Shown one piece after another: positions 25,801-36,844 of a stretch of DNA of 64,000 nucleotides. Within the stretch, counting starts at the first letter, position 1, and the number at the start of each line of letters is the position of its first letter. A program made the position numbers and the translations under genes. The notes beneath the pieces were generated by a model. That model was not told the DNA's origin, did no database searches, and saw nothing but the letters and a program-made list of their open reading frames with translations. This stretch comes from Candidatus Fredericiella danica. GTDB lineage: Bacteria; Chloroflexota; Anaerolineae; Caldilineales; Caldilineaceae. The stretch spans positions 9,145 through 73,144 of the forward strand of contig JADJPH010000034.1 of the NCBI GenBank assembly GCA_016713335.1. Direction: 5' to 3'.

Positions 25801-28800
25801 GTCTCAGAAGGCTCTGGCTCGTGTCAGGTCGTTGGTCCGGTTACGCCCGGCGTCAACTGCCAGTTCGGAACGTTGCCGGTAGGTCATTGGTTGACGGTGC
25901 ACCTTGCCGCAAGGGTCAGTGTCGCGCAGCCTTCCGGAGAAGTGAATAACGAGGCATACGTCTATTGGAATCAACCGTTCGGTGTAGAGGCTGAGGCTTC
26001 TGCCGTCGCTGAGACCGACATTGTCGGTGCGGAGGCCGAACTGTACGTCGAAAAAGTGGCCTTTTCGCCGGGCGTGAATGCCGGCGATACGATCGCGTTT
26101 GCGATTGAGGTGTTCAACGGGGGCAATTCTGAAGCCGCCGATGTGCATGTCACAGATCAACTACCGTTTGCCGGTGAAGTGCTAAGCGCCGTCGTTGTCG
26201 AAAACGTTGGCATCAAGGCCGCGGATATCGGCCAACTCCAGGTGCAGGCAGCCACGGCAACAAGTGCAGGTGACTGCGAACTGGTTGGACCTATCCTTAT
26301 CGGCGTCGAGTGTGACCTCGGGTCAATCCCTGTGGGTTATGGTAAGGTCGTAATTCTCCAAGCGCGCGTCAGTGAAACACAGGAGGGTGGTCAGTACACC
26401 AACAGCGCCTACGTCGGCTGGACCACACCGCAAGGTGATCGGGACGCAACAGATGCGGATGCACCCTTCAGTATTGTGGCTGCAGATTCCGACCTGACGA
26501 TCAGGAAGTCTGGCGCACCCCAGACGGTGACGAGTGGCAACAACGTGCGGTATACGATCACCGTGCAGAACACCGGCAACGCAGATGCAACGAATGTCGA
26601 GATCCGTGATCAACTCCCATTCCGTGGGGAGGTATTGAATGCAACGGTCGTGAGCGGACCGGGCACGTGCGAACTGACCGGTCCGGCCGTACAGAGCATT
26701 GTCTGCAAAGCAACCGCGCTGGCGCCCGACCAGGTTATGCAGGTGCTCCTGGAGGCCAACGTATTGCGTGCGCAATTAAGCGGCGTTGTTACAAATGTTG
26801 CCCTGGTGACGTGGACGACGCCGCAGGGTGAGCGTGGCGCGGAAGAGGTAGAAGCGCAAACGACCATCAACCGTGCAATTGCGGAGCTTGAGCTCTCAAA
26901 GACCGGATCACCAGTGCAGCTTCCAGCGGGCGACATTGTGACCTACAATCTGGTGCTCCACAATACCGGCAACACGGCAGCGCGCGATGTAGAGGTGGTC
27001 GACATGATGCCGTTTGCCGGTGAAGTGATCAACGCCACCTTTGTCAGGGGAACCGGCACCTGTGCGATCATGGGGGCTGCGGCGCCTGGCATCAGTTGTC
27101 GCATCGCCCAGGTGGATGCAACACGGTACAACGAGATCCAGGTGCAAGCACGAATTGACGAACAGCAGCCTGCCGGCGTCGTCGACAATGTCCTCAGGGT
27201 TAACTGGTTGAACGCTGGCGGGGCGCGTGTCTTTGGCACCGCGACGGCGACGACAGGCCTCGAGACGGCGAGGGCGGAGATGAGCATGACGAAGAGCGGG
27301 ACGCCTGCAGATGTGCTGGCTGGCGATCCTGTGCAGTATGAATTGGTCATCAAGAATGCAGGACCATCGGCTGCGCGCGATGTCGAGATTCGCGATATCT
27401 TGCCGTTCAAGGGTGAGGTTCTCAATGTCGCCATGTTGTTGGGCAATGGCGCCTGTAATGACCTTGGGCCTGTGCAACCGGGGATTGACTGCCAATTGGC
27501 GCAAGTGCCGGCCGGTGGCATCGTCAAGATCATCTTTGCGGCGAGGATTGCCGAGGAGCAACCCGCCGGTCAAGTGACAAATGAGGCCGTGTTGAACTGG
27601 ACGAACCCACAAGGCACGCGTGCTCAGTTGAAGGCTTCGGCAGTGACGCACATCAACCAGACTGCGGCCGTGGTCAAGGTCCAGAAGAGTGGGAAGCCGA
27701 GTACGGTGCTCGCCGGTGAGCCGGTGCAGTATACGATTTCCGTTGTGAATAATGGCCCTTCGCCAGCCCACAATCTGGTGTTGAATGATCTACTGCCCTT
27801 TGCCGGCGCCGTGAACAGCGTGGCCGTCACGGAAGGCAGCGCTGAATGCCAGGTGTTGGGGCCTGTCCAGCCGGGCATCAATTGCCAGCGCGCTGAACTT
27901 GCCCCCGGTGAAACGATCAAGGTTGTCCTGGCGGCCACGGTGGAGGCCACTGTCGCCGAGGGTGAATATACCAACAGGGCAACGGTCAAGTGGGATGAGG
28001 GTGCTACCAATGGCGCGACGATGACGTTGATTCGCAACTATGCCGACCTGGCGTTGGCCAAGACGATCGTGTCCACCAGTGACGATCGCGAAGGGGTCTA
28101 TGCGTTGACCTATGGCGATCGTATGACCTATCGGCTGATGGTCACAAACCACGGACCGTCGGTGGCCCGCGGTGTGGTAGTAGATGACACCTTACCGAAG
28201 GCCGTGCGCTATATGCTCGACACGCTCTCGTGTGGGGCTGCGCTTGCGAACTGTAAACTGGGCGACCTGGCCGTTGGTGAAAGTCGCAGCTTTGACATCG
28301 TGGTGAAGGGTGTTAATAGCGACTACTGCGGGAAAAACTTCCGGAACGTGGCGACGGTAGCCAGCGACATACCTGACGCCAGCGCCGATAACAACCGCGC
28401 CAGTGTGGCGGCGACACTTCTCTGTCCCACGGGGATGAACCTGGACGGGCAGTACAGCCCCACCCCGGCGTTGGTCCTCAAGCCGGTGACCTTCTCGTTC
28501 CTGGTCACCAACGAAGGCCCCAGCCCGATGCTCAATGCGCAAATGAATCTATTGGTACAGGGTGCAGGTCCCTTCACGCTGCTATCGGCGAGTGCAGATG
28601 GGTTTGGCAATCGTCCAGATGCAATATGCCAGTTGCAGGAGGGCAACACGCCCATGGCGATCTTGTGTACGCCCGGTACGAAGATCGAGCCGATGAGTCA
28701 TGAGTCGGTGGCGCCGGACAATCCAATCCCGGGTGAAATGGAGTCGCCGCCGGATTTGTCCGTCTTCAACAGCGCATCGGTGCAGTACATGCCGCTGTTG

Positions 28801-28950
28801 CTTGACTCAGGGCACGGTAGGTGGCTCGTTCACATTACGATTCTACCGCGGGCGGTGGGTGAGTATAGTGTGCATGCCGCAGTGACGTCTGACAACCCAC
28901 AGGAGTCGGGCGGCACTGGAGATACAACGGTGGTCGCGCAGGTCAAGTGA
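19893..28950 (+). CDS. Giant secreted DUF11 (conserved repeat domain) surface protein of about 3000 aa (one frameshift at the C4 run 21074-21077)
   Basis: Signal peptide MKLRNYHLRSLVGIFLLAVVFCLLGVAFAPVAAHA, then a unique N-terminal region of about 390 aa. About 19 units of the type ADLxxxKxxxxxxVxAGxxxxYxxxVxNxGPSxAxxVxxxDxLP follow. ORFs 19875..21164 and 21151..28950 join into one frame if one C is removed. Confidence 0.85.
25240..28030 (+). repeat. Eight tandem coding repeats of about 115 aa (LPF-x-GEV subfamily) inside the giant gene
   Basis: Each unit contains xDLxIxKxGxP...N(A/T)GPS/N...D.LPF(A/E/R/K)GEV(L/I)...G.C....GP..PG..C...., that is, a conserved Cys pair per unit. The units are diverged at the DNA level. 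Confidence 0.7.
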
Positions 28951-29010
28951 GGTCGGTATGTAGCCAATCTGTCCGCCAGACAAGCTGGCAGACAGGGGCG
29001 CTTCCAAGGT

Positions 29011-29047
29011 GTACGCCGGCAGGCAAGCGCTTCGCCTGCCGGCGTAC
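29011..29047. terminator. Bidirectional hairpin between the convergent giant gene and pncB
   Basis: Perfect 14-bp stem GTACGCCGGCAGGC / GCCTGCCGGCGTAC with a 9-nt loop. There is no strong T tract on either side. Confidence 0.6.
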
Positions 29048-29067
29048 TGATCAGAAGGACGGCATCG

Positions 29068-30515
29068 CTAGACCACAATATTTTCTGCCCGCGCCGCTTC
29101 GATTAGTTCCTCTTTGAGATTCCACAGTTTTCGTGACAGCGACACATGATAAATGTGTGGGTTGACCAGGCGCCGGATGCCTGGATCGAGCGCTGCGACG
29201 TCGCTGATGCGTTGCTGGCGGATTTCTTCCAGGCTGGGCATGGCGTAGACTACCTTGCCATTTCGCATGATCTCGACATGCAGCGACTCCATGCGGGTGA
29301 TCTCACGGCGGGAGATGGCACGGTATTTTGTGTGGTCTGACGGGTGGTGCAGAACGATTTTCTCCATTGTTTCGGGGTTTTCGTCTTCTAACATGACCAG
29401 ATCGGCCGTGGCTTTATTGCGGCGATCGTAGAGTCGCCACACCCGTTTACTGCCGGGATTTGAGACCTTCGACGGGGTTTCCGAGATCTTGATGGCGGAG
29501 TTCCATTGCCCATTCTGCTTAACGGCCACCAATTTGTAGACACCACCCAATGCGGGCTCGCCCCACGATGTGATCAGGCGCGTGCCGACGCCATATACCA
29601 ATCGCTTGATCAGGTGATCGGGATCAACGCCGTAGCGCGGCGCCTCCTCACTGATCTGGGTGATGATCTGCCAGATGACGAGCTCATCCAGATCGCTGGA
29701 GAGGACGATGGCGGTGTCTTCAAAGCCGGCATCGTTGAGTAACTTCGCGGATTGGATGCTCAAGTAGGCGAGGTCACCCGAATCCAGCCGGATGCCAACC
29801 GGCTTGTGCCCCTTGCGCCTGAGTTCCTCGAAGACGGTGATCGCATTGGGCACGCCGCTTTCCAAGGTATCGATGGTGTCGACCAGGAGTAAGGTGTCAT
29901 CCGGATATACATCGGCGTAGGCACGGAAGGCGCCCAGTTCGCCGTGGCCAAGCGCCATACTCAACTGGACCATGCTGTGCGCGTGTGTGCCCCGCCGAAC
30001 TCCAAGATCATGCCGCCGCGGCTGGCGTCGACCATGCGCGCGGCTTTGGTGGCAATGAGTGTTTGGTAGTTCAGGGTGTTCAGCAACGCCGTCTCGAGGA
30101 TTTGCACCATCGCCATTGGGCCGCTCACGACGGTCAGCGGTGTGTTTGGATGGACCACGCGTCCCTCTGGAATGGCGTGAATGGTGACCGCATCGAAATT
30201 CCCGTAGCTGCCCAGATATTGTAGAAAATCCTCGCCGAAGAGCGCGTTGCCATTGCTGTCGAGATGGCCGCGCAAATAATCCAGATCCTGCGCGCGAAAG
30301 TGCGCGTCTTTCATCCAGTCGAGCAACCACGCCATCCCGGCATTGACGCAGTAACCAGCCTGGTGTTGGTCGTAGTCGGGATTGCGTCGGAAGTAGTGGT
30401 CGAATTGCGCCTCCAATTCATGCAGCCCCAGCCGGTAATACAACTGGGCCATCGTTAGCTGGTACTGGTCGGTGAAAAGAATGCCCCGCATGGTTGCGTG
30501 ATCAAGGGTCTGCAT
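29068..30515 (-). CDS. pncB: Nicotinate phosphoribosyltransferase (frame break in the G run near 29985)
   Basis: N-terminal part [16 protein letters not shown]...ILEFG is in ORF 29961..30635. The C-terminal part GTHAHSMVQ...[18 protein letters not shown]...IRLDSGDL...YGVGTRL is in ORF 29068..30330. The start could also be 30551. Confidence 0.85.
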
Positions 30516-30650
30516 GACCGGTCCTTTCGCGGTGCTCTGTTGGAAATTCATAGGGTGCGCCATACCGTGGCGCACACGGCTATTGTATAATGGCTGCTCG
30601 GGATCCGATAGCAGATGGGGCCAGGATGATGGCATGCGAAAGGGCAGTTT

Positions 30651-31582
30651 GTGAGTGCACGCAAGCGGGTGATTTTCATTTTTCTGGATGGTGTCGGTCT
30701 GGGACCGGATGACGCGCAGATCAACCCATTGGCTGCAGATGAGTTTCCGACGTTGCGCGTGCTTCTCGATGGAAAACGTGCGGTCGAGAACACCGGACGA
30801 CTTTCAACGCGCGCTGCCGAACTGGCGCCAACGGATGCTCAACTCGGTGTGCGGGGGCGTCCCCAAAGCGCCACCGGACAGGCGGCGTTGTTGACGGGCA
30901 TCAATGCACCAGCGCGGCTCGGTGAGCACTATGGTCCCCGGCCAGATGCCCGCGTACGCGCCGTCCTGGATGAGGGAGCATTTTTCGTCGCCTGTGCGCG
31001 GCCGGGCTTAGCCCCTATTTCTGCAATGCCTATCCGCAGCGGTACTTCGATGCCGTGGCGCGCGGTAAGCGGCTGCTGAGCGCCGTGCCCTATGCGAACA
31101 CCTGCGCCGGGCTGCCGCTGTTGAATGCGGCGGATCTCGAAGCGGGTCTAGCGCTTTCGGCTGACTTCACCGGCGAGGGGTGGCGGCATGAGTTGGGTTA
31201 TTCCAATGCGCCGGTATACACGCCTGACGCGGCGGGAGCGCAACTCTGGAAAATTGGCCTGCCCTACGATTTTATCTTCTTTGAGCATTGGCAGACCGAC
31301 GTTGATGGGCATGAACAGGCACTGACGCGCGCCCGCAGTATGTTGCAGCGATTCGATGGGTTCCTGGGCGGTTTGTTGAGTGCTGCCGATCTGGATCACA
31401 CCATGGTGATTGTGAGCAGCGATCACGGCAACGTGGAAGATTGCAGTCACGGCAAACATACCGTGAACAAAGTGCTGACACTCATTGCCGGCGATGGGCG
31501 CCAACAGGCCGCCGGCGCGATCACTGCGCTAACGGATTTTGTGCCCGTCATCCTGGACTACTTGCTGCCAAAATCGAGCTGA
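30651..31582 (+). CDS. Alkaline-phosphatase-superfamily metalloenzyme (cofactor-independent phosphoglycerate mutase / phosphopentomutase-like), with a frameshift near 30973
   Basis: [12 protein letters not shown] at the N-terminus, [12 protein letters not shown], and the C-terminal metal-site style [13 protein letters not shown] start. Confidence 0.6.
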
Positions 31583-31587
31583 AACGG

Positions 31588-32865
31588 TTACATTCCACGG
31601 CCGAGCGGATTTGTGGAGTCGCCATGGCGCGAGAGCGGGAAGACAAGGCGTAGGCCTTTCCCGGGCAGCGATTCTGCCCGGATTTGGGAGCCGTGCGCCT
31701 GCACAATGGCCTTGGCCATGGCCAGGCTGAGCCGGCTGTTGCGGGCAGCACGGCTGCGTACGTCTTCATCCGAAAAGAAGAGTTCGAAGATGTGGTTGAT
31801 ATCCTCCGGGCGCACGCCTTCGTAAATGTCGACGACCTCGACAAGCGCCCCTGCCCGCATTGGGTACGCATTAAGTTTGACGGCGCCGCCTGCGGGGGTG
31901 CGGCTGATGGCATGTTTGGCCAGATTGATCAGCACTCGCCCGATCTGGCGTTCGTCGATCAGCAGCGGTGCGATGCCCGGCGCCACGCCGCTGAAGATCG
32001 AAATTCCTTTTTCCGCGGCAGCCTGCTGTAGCGTGCGCACAACCTCGTCAATGACGAGGCGAATGTCGGCAGGTGCGCGCTGTAATTTGACCCCATAGAC
32101 ATCAACCTGGGCGATATCATTTAAGTCATCCAGCAGATCGGCCAACGCGTTTGCATCGCGCCGCGCCGTGCGAATATAGCGTGTGTAAAGTTCTGGGCTT
32201 GAGATGGAGCCGGTGGCCAACGTCTCAATAAGGGAACGCACCGAGGTCAAAGGCACGCGCAGGTCGAACGAAATCCATGTGGACAGATCGGCGCGGAGGC
32301 GGTCGAGTTGGCGTTCCTTCCGGTCGATCGCATTAAGATGGGCGGCGAGCGCGTTGAAAACTGTGGCAAGACGCGCCAATGCATCCTGGCCTTCGATCTC
32401 GACGCGCGCATGGACTTTTCCTGAACTCAGCGCATCGGCCGCACCAGTCAGCGCATCTAATTTTGCATTCATGATGGCAGACTGGTAGTAGCCCAGTGCA
32501 AGTGCCAATCCGACTGCAAAGAGCACCAGCAGCACCGCCAGCATGCTGTCGTAGTCGCTGACAAAGAGCATTTTAGCGGCAACCGCGACGGTGCCAACAA
32601 TGATGATGGCGCCGAGCGCCTGGCTCCAGAGCAGGGTTGACGCAATCGGTATCCGTTGCATCAGGCTTCGAAAATGCGCCAGGTAGCCGATGGCCAGCGT
32701 GACAAGCGCCGCCGCCACAAAGGTGATGAACATGATCCCGAGGTCGGCTGGAATTGGATGGAGTGCAAACCAGAAGATGACCAGGGCGGCAAGCAGGAGG
32801 GCGGCGATAGCAACGGCGAATTGCAGGAACAGATGCTTCGAGATGTGTACAGGGTACGAGATCAT
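31588..32865 (-). CDS. Histidine-kinase-like membrane protein with degenerate H, N, G1 and G2 boxes (pseudokinase)
   Basis: Four TM helices, a HAMP-like linker, then DHp and CA folds. Every catalytic motif is substituted: WISFDLRVPLTS (H to F), LINLAKHAISRT (N to H), VVDIYEGV (no DxGxG) and RNSRLSLAMAKAIV (no GxGLGL). The ORF is intact at 425 aa. Confidence 0.75.
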   Translation of the reverse strand: MISYPVHISKHLFLQFAVAIAALLLAALVIFWFALHPIPADLGIMFITFVAAALVTLAIGYLAHFRSLMQRIPIASTLLWSQALGAIIIVGTVAVAAKMLFVSDYDSMLAVLLVLFAVGLALALGYYQSAIMNAKLDALTGAADALSSGKVHARVEIEGQDALARLATVFNALAAHLNAIDRKERQLDRLRADLSTWISFDLRVPLTSVRSLIETLATGSISSPELYTRYIRTARRDANALADLLDDLNDIAQVDVYGVKLQRAPADIRLVIDEVVRTLQQAAAEKGISIFSGVAPGIAPLLIDERQIGRVLINLAKHAISRTPAGGAVKLNAYPMRAGALVEVVDIYEGVRPEDINHIFELFFSDEDVRSRAARNSRLSLAMAKAIVQAHGSQIRAESLPGKGLRLVFPLSRHGDSTNPLGRGM

Positions 32866-33000
32866 CGCGCTGCCTCGCGTTTGGGCGTCAGAAAATTATG
32901 ACTCTACGGTTGTAGCCGGGGTTTTGGTAGACAACATCATTTTACAGCGCAGCGGGCAAAGATGCACCTATGGCAAGCGCTCACGTGATTCTCAATCGGC

Positions 33001-34229
33001 TCAGTGGCGTGCGCCCGGGTCCTTCACGGCAATGAGAACAACGCATAGGGCCAGCAGCACGGCTGCGGCAGAGGTCCATGCGAGCGCGGACACGCCTCGA
33101 TTGACCAGCAGCCAGGGCCCGGTGAACCCAGCCAGCGATCCACCGAGGAGCGCCACCGCAGAACCGAGCGTCATCACCTTTCCCCGTTCATCTGGCGCCT
33201 GTTCGCTGAGGAGTGGAAAGTGGCTGACGATATTGAATTCAAAGAACATGCGGGTGACTGCAATGGAGACCGTCGCCACGATGACCGACAAGTTCAGAAA
33301 GGGGATCATTGCGTAGCCGACCAGGGAACCCATGATACCAAGCAGCACACTTCGTTTCTTGCCGATGCGATCTGTGAAGAGGCTGACGCAGACACTGGCG
33401 GCGAGGTCAAACCAGCCGAAGACAAAGGCCACCAGCCCCAGTTGCGCCGGTCCCAATCCATATTGGCTCTGCAGCCACGCGCCGTGTGCAACCATGAGTT
33501 GCATGGCCGCAAAATAGCTCAGGCTTCCTGCAACGATGGTGGCATAGGTGGAGACGTTGTTTTCGTGAAGCCTGAAAAAACCGGTTGCCTTTGCCCAAAC
33601 CGCGATGCGCTGAGTTGATTGCATGCGTTCCACCGCCGCTTGCACCGGGGCCGCGTGTGCGGCCGGCATGCGTGCGAAAACGAAGGTCATGGCGACCATC
33701 CCAAGCGCCAGTACGAAAACGGTGCGCGCCAACCGGTGACCTGGATCAACAGACCGACGACGGACAAACCGACGATGCCGGTGAGTGCCCAGGAGTATTC
33801 GAGCATCCCCAGGCCACGCGCGCGGATGCTGTACGGTAGCCCGGCGCTCACATAAGCCTGCAAGATGGGAATAAAACTACTTGCGCCAAGGCCAGCCAGC
33901 AGTATCGCAATGACAGCCATCCAGGGTGCGTGGCTGAGGCCCAGCGCGAAAAAGCCTGCGGCGTTGACAAACAGCGCCAGCCGAATCACCAAACGAAAAC
34001 TGGTTCGGTCTGCGATGAGGCCACTGACAGGGGCGAATAACCCCATCGCACTCCGCAACCCCACCAATTGGCCCATCTGGATCACGGTTAGGACAAGGCC
34101 ATTGGCAAGGACCGGCAGAAATGGATTAAAGATCTGGACACCGATGTCAACCAGCAATTTTGCGGAAATGCCGGTGCCGATCAACCGCCTGAACGAGATC
34201 TGTCTGATGGGAGGGTCAACTTCTTGCAC
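33001..34229 (-). CDS. MFS transporter (frameshift near 33710)
   Basis: About 12 TM helices spread over ORFs 33687..34229 and 33001..33732. The loop motif is MFS-like (GLIADRTSFR; FTDRIGKKR). Confidence 0.8.
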
Positions 34230-34237
34230 GGTGGGTG

Positions 34238-36783
34238 TTACATCCAGATCCGGGGTGGTGGTGCGTCGTTGGGGTCATCGCTGTCGGTGCCGGCGCGGCT
34301 GGACTTGGCAGTGGTTTCGGTCTCAGGTGAGTCCTTGGCGGCGGCAAGGTAGTCGCGGCCTCGGCTTGCACCCAGATCGGGACCAAGGATGCCCGCTGCC
34401 TCCAATTGATCCACCAGACGTGCCGCGCGCCCATAACCGATCCGGAGCCGTCGTTGGAGCAGGCTCACGGAGCCGCGCCCGTTTTCCTGGACAATCTTAA
34501 CGGCTTCGTCGAAGAATTCGTCTCTTGCATCGGCTGCTTTCATCTGTTCGATCTGTTCAAACAGCGGTGGCTGGCTAAGCGGCGAGTAGGCCGGCGTGCC
34601 GGATACCGGTAGGGAAGGGGATGCGAACGGCGTCCGCATCAGGTCATCATCGGGATCCAACCCTGGAACCTGTGGATACGACGGGCTGCTCAGGTCCGGC
34701 TGGCCGGCATCGTATGCGCGGATTCCCTTCCAGTAACGCACCAGTTTGTTGATCTCGTCATCGCTCAAGAACGTGCCCTGGACGCGCTCTAGCTTGCTGG
34801 CATCGGGCGCCATGAACAACATATCCCCGCGCCCGAGGAGCCGCTCTGCGCCGGGCACATCGAGGATGACGCGACTGTCGATCTGGCTGGTGACGGCGAA
34901 CGCGATCCGAGCCGGGAAGTTTGCCTTGATGAGACCGGTGATGACGTCTACGGAGGGCCGCTGGGTTGCGATGATCAGGTGAATGCCAACGGCACGCGCC
35001 ATCTGGGCGAGCCGGCAGACGTGCTTCTCCACCTCTTCAGGCGCAGCCATCATCAGGTCGGCCATCTCGTCGACAATCACAACGATATAGGGGAGCGGCT
35101 TTTCGCCGTTCTTCTGGAGGAATTGGTTGTAGCGCGGCAAATCACGCGCGCTGGCTTTACTGAAAAGGGTGTAGCGCCGTTCCATCTCTTTGACTGCCCA
35201 GAAGAGGACGGCGGCGGCTTTGTCGACTTCGGTCACAACATCGCTGAGCAAATGCGGAATCTTGTTATAGATGCTCAGTTCGACCATTTTGGGGTCGATC
35301 ATCAACATGCGCAATGATTCCGGCGTGTGGGTCAGCAGTAGATCGGCAATGATTGAATTGATGCAGACGGACTTACCCGACCCAGTAGCGCCGGCGATTA
35401 AGAGGTGCGGCATGCGCACCAGGTCGGCCACGATCGGCTGCCCCTTAACGTCTTCGCCCAGCGCGATCTTGAGCCGGCCTTTCATTTCAATGAAGGCCTC
35501 ACTCTCCATCAATTCCTTGAGTCCGACGACGTTGCTTGCCTGATTCGGCACCTCAATCCCGACGTAGTTCGTACCAGGGATGGGCGCTTCGATCCGGACG
35601 CTCGGCGCAGCCAGCGCAAGCGCCAGGTCATTCGACAAGGCCGCAATCTTCGCAACCTTAACCTTCACCCGTTGCGTTTCATTGCCTACCTTCCGTTCGA
35701 CGTACCCTGGCTTGATCAGATACTGCGTGACAGAGGGTCCCTTATAGGCGCCCTCGAAATCGGCCGGCACGCCAAAGAGCGCTAGCGTCTCCTGGATCAT
35801 TCTACCTTGTTGGCGAATGATGTCATCGGAGTCTGTGACGCGCTCCCAGTCGTTCAAAACGGCATTGAGTTGTGGCAGTTTCCAATCCTGTGATCCCCCG
35901 ACAATGCGCGGGTTCAGCAGGTCGGCATCCGCCGGCGGTGCTGAACCTGCCCGTGCGGGAGCGCCGGCGGCAGCAGGCTCAGCGGGAGGGCGCGCCTTTG
36001 GATCGGGACGGGCGGGTACTGGCTCCGCCTGCACATGGTTCGGTCCGCGTGAGATCGGCAGCACTGGTTCCGGCTCGTGATCCGTCCGCAACCACCGCTT
36101 CCAAAAGGGTAATTGGCCACTGGGCATGGGCACCGCCGGCTTCAGGGGAGGAGGCGTCGGTCCGCGATCTGGTGGTGGTGATTGGCGACGCTCCCACCAA
36201 TCGGTCAGACCATACCAGCCGTCGAGAATGATACGGTCGGCGAGTAGGAAAAGCGCCACCACGGCCAGGAAGGTGACAACCGCCCATCCGCCCCATGCGC
36301 CCAACGTGTTCTCAAGGGTGTCGGCCGTGGCCTGGCCCACAGCGCCGCCGCCATCGCCCGCCGCTGAAAGTTGTTCGCGCATGCCAGCGGGGAGCAACAG
36401 CGCGGCGCCGGTAATGAACGCAAAAAGAGCAGAGCAAACCCAACGGGCCGCTGCCACGGCATGTTGGGCATCCGCTCGATGGCACGGATGATAAACCAGA
36501 GCCCCAACGCGCCGGAGACGAGCGGGATCAGCCAGACGCCGACGCCAAAGAGGCTGCGCAGTGTGCTGATCCAGCCCTCGGTGATTTGGCCACGGCTACT
36601 GGTCATCAGGCTAAGCAGCGTGAATAGCGCCAGCAGCACCAGGGCGACGCCAATGACTTCGCCACGGGCAAGCGCGGCCAGGGGGTTTGCCGTTGATTTG
36701 GCGTTGCCTTTGCTGCCTGGCGATCGGGGCTTTGCCTTGGGCGCCGGCTTCTTTTTTGTCGTTTTGGTTGTTTTGCTGGCCAT
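34238..36783 (-). CDS. ftsK: DNA translocase FtsK/SpoIIIE (frameshift in the T5 run, plus-strand A5 at 36422-36426)
   Basis: N-terminal TM region (ORF 36205..36783), a Pro-rich linker, motor domain HLLIAGATGSGKSVCIN...IVVIVDEMADLMM...GIHLIIATQRPSVDVITG, and the gamma wHTH SVSLLQRRLRIGYGRAARLVDQLE. Confidence 0.95.
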
Positions 36784-36844
36784 GAGTTCGCTGTGAGTGC
36801 AGGCAGATCGAACAAACGTTCAGGTTCCGATTATAGCACGGGCG

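Noticed and set aside
29961-30000. A possible internal deletion in pncB between the EFG..RR motif and the GTHAHS motif.
   Set aside because: My recollection of the reference NAPRTase alignment is not reliable enough. The junction coincides with a G-run frameshift, so the true reading cannot be decided by eye.
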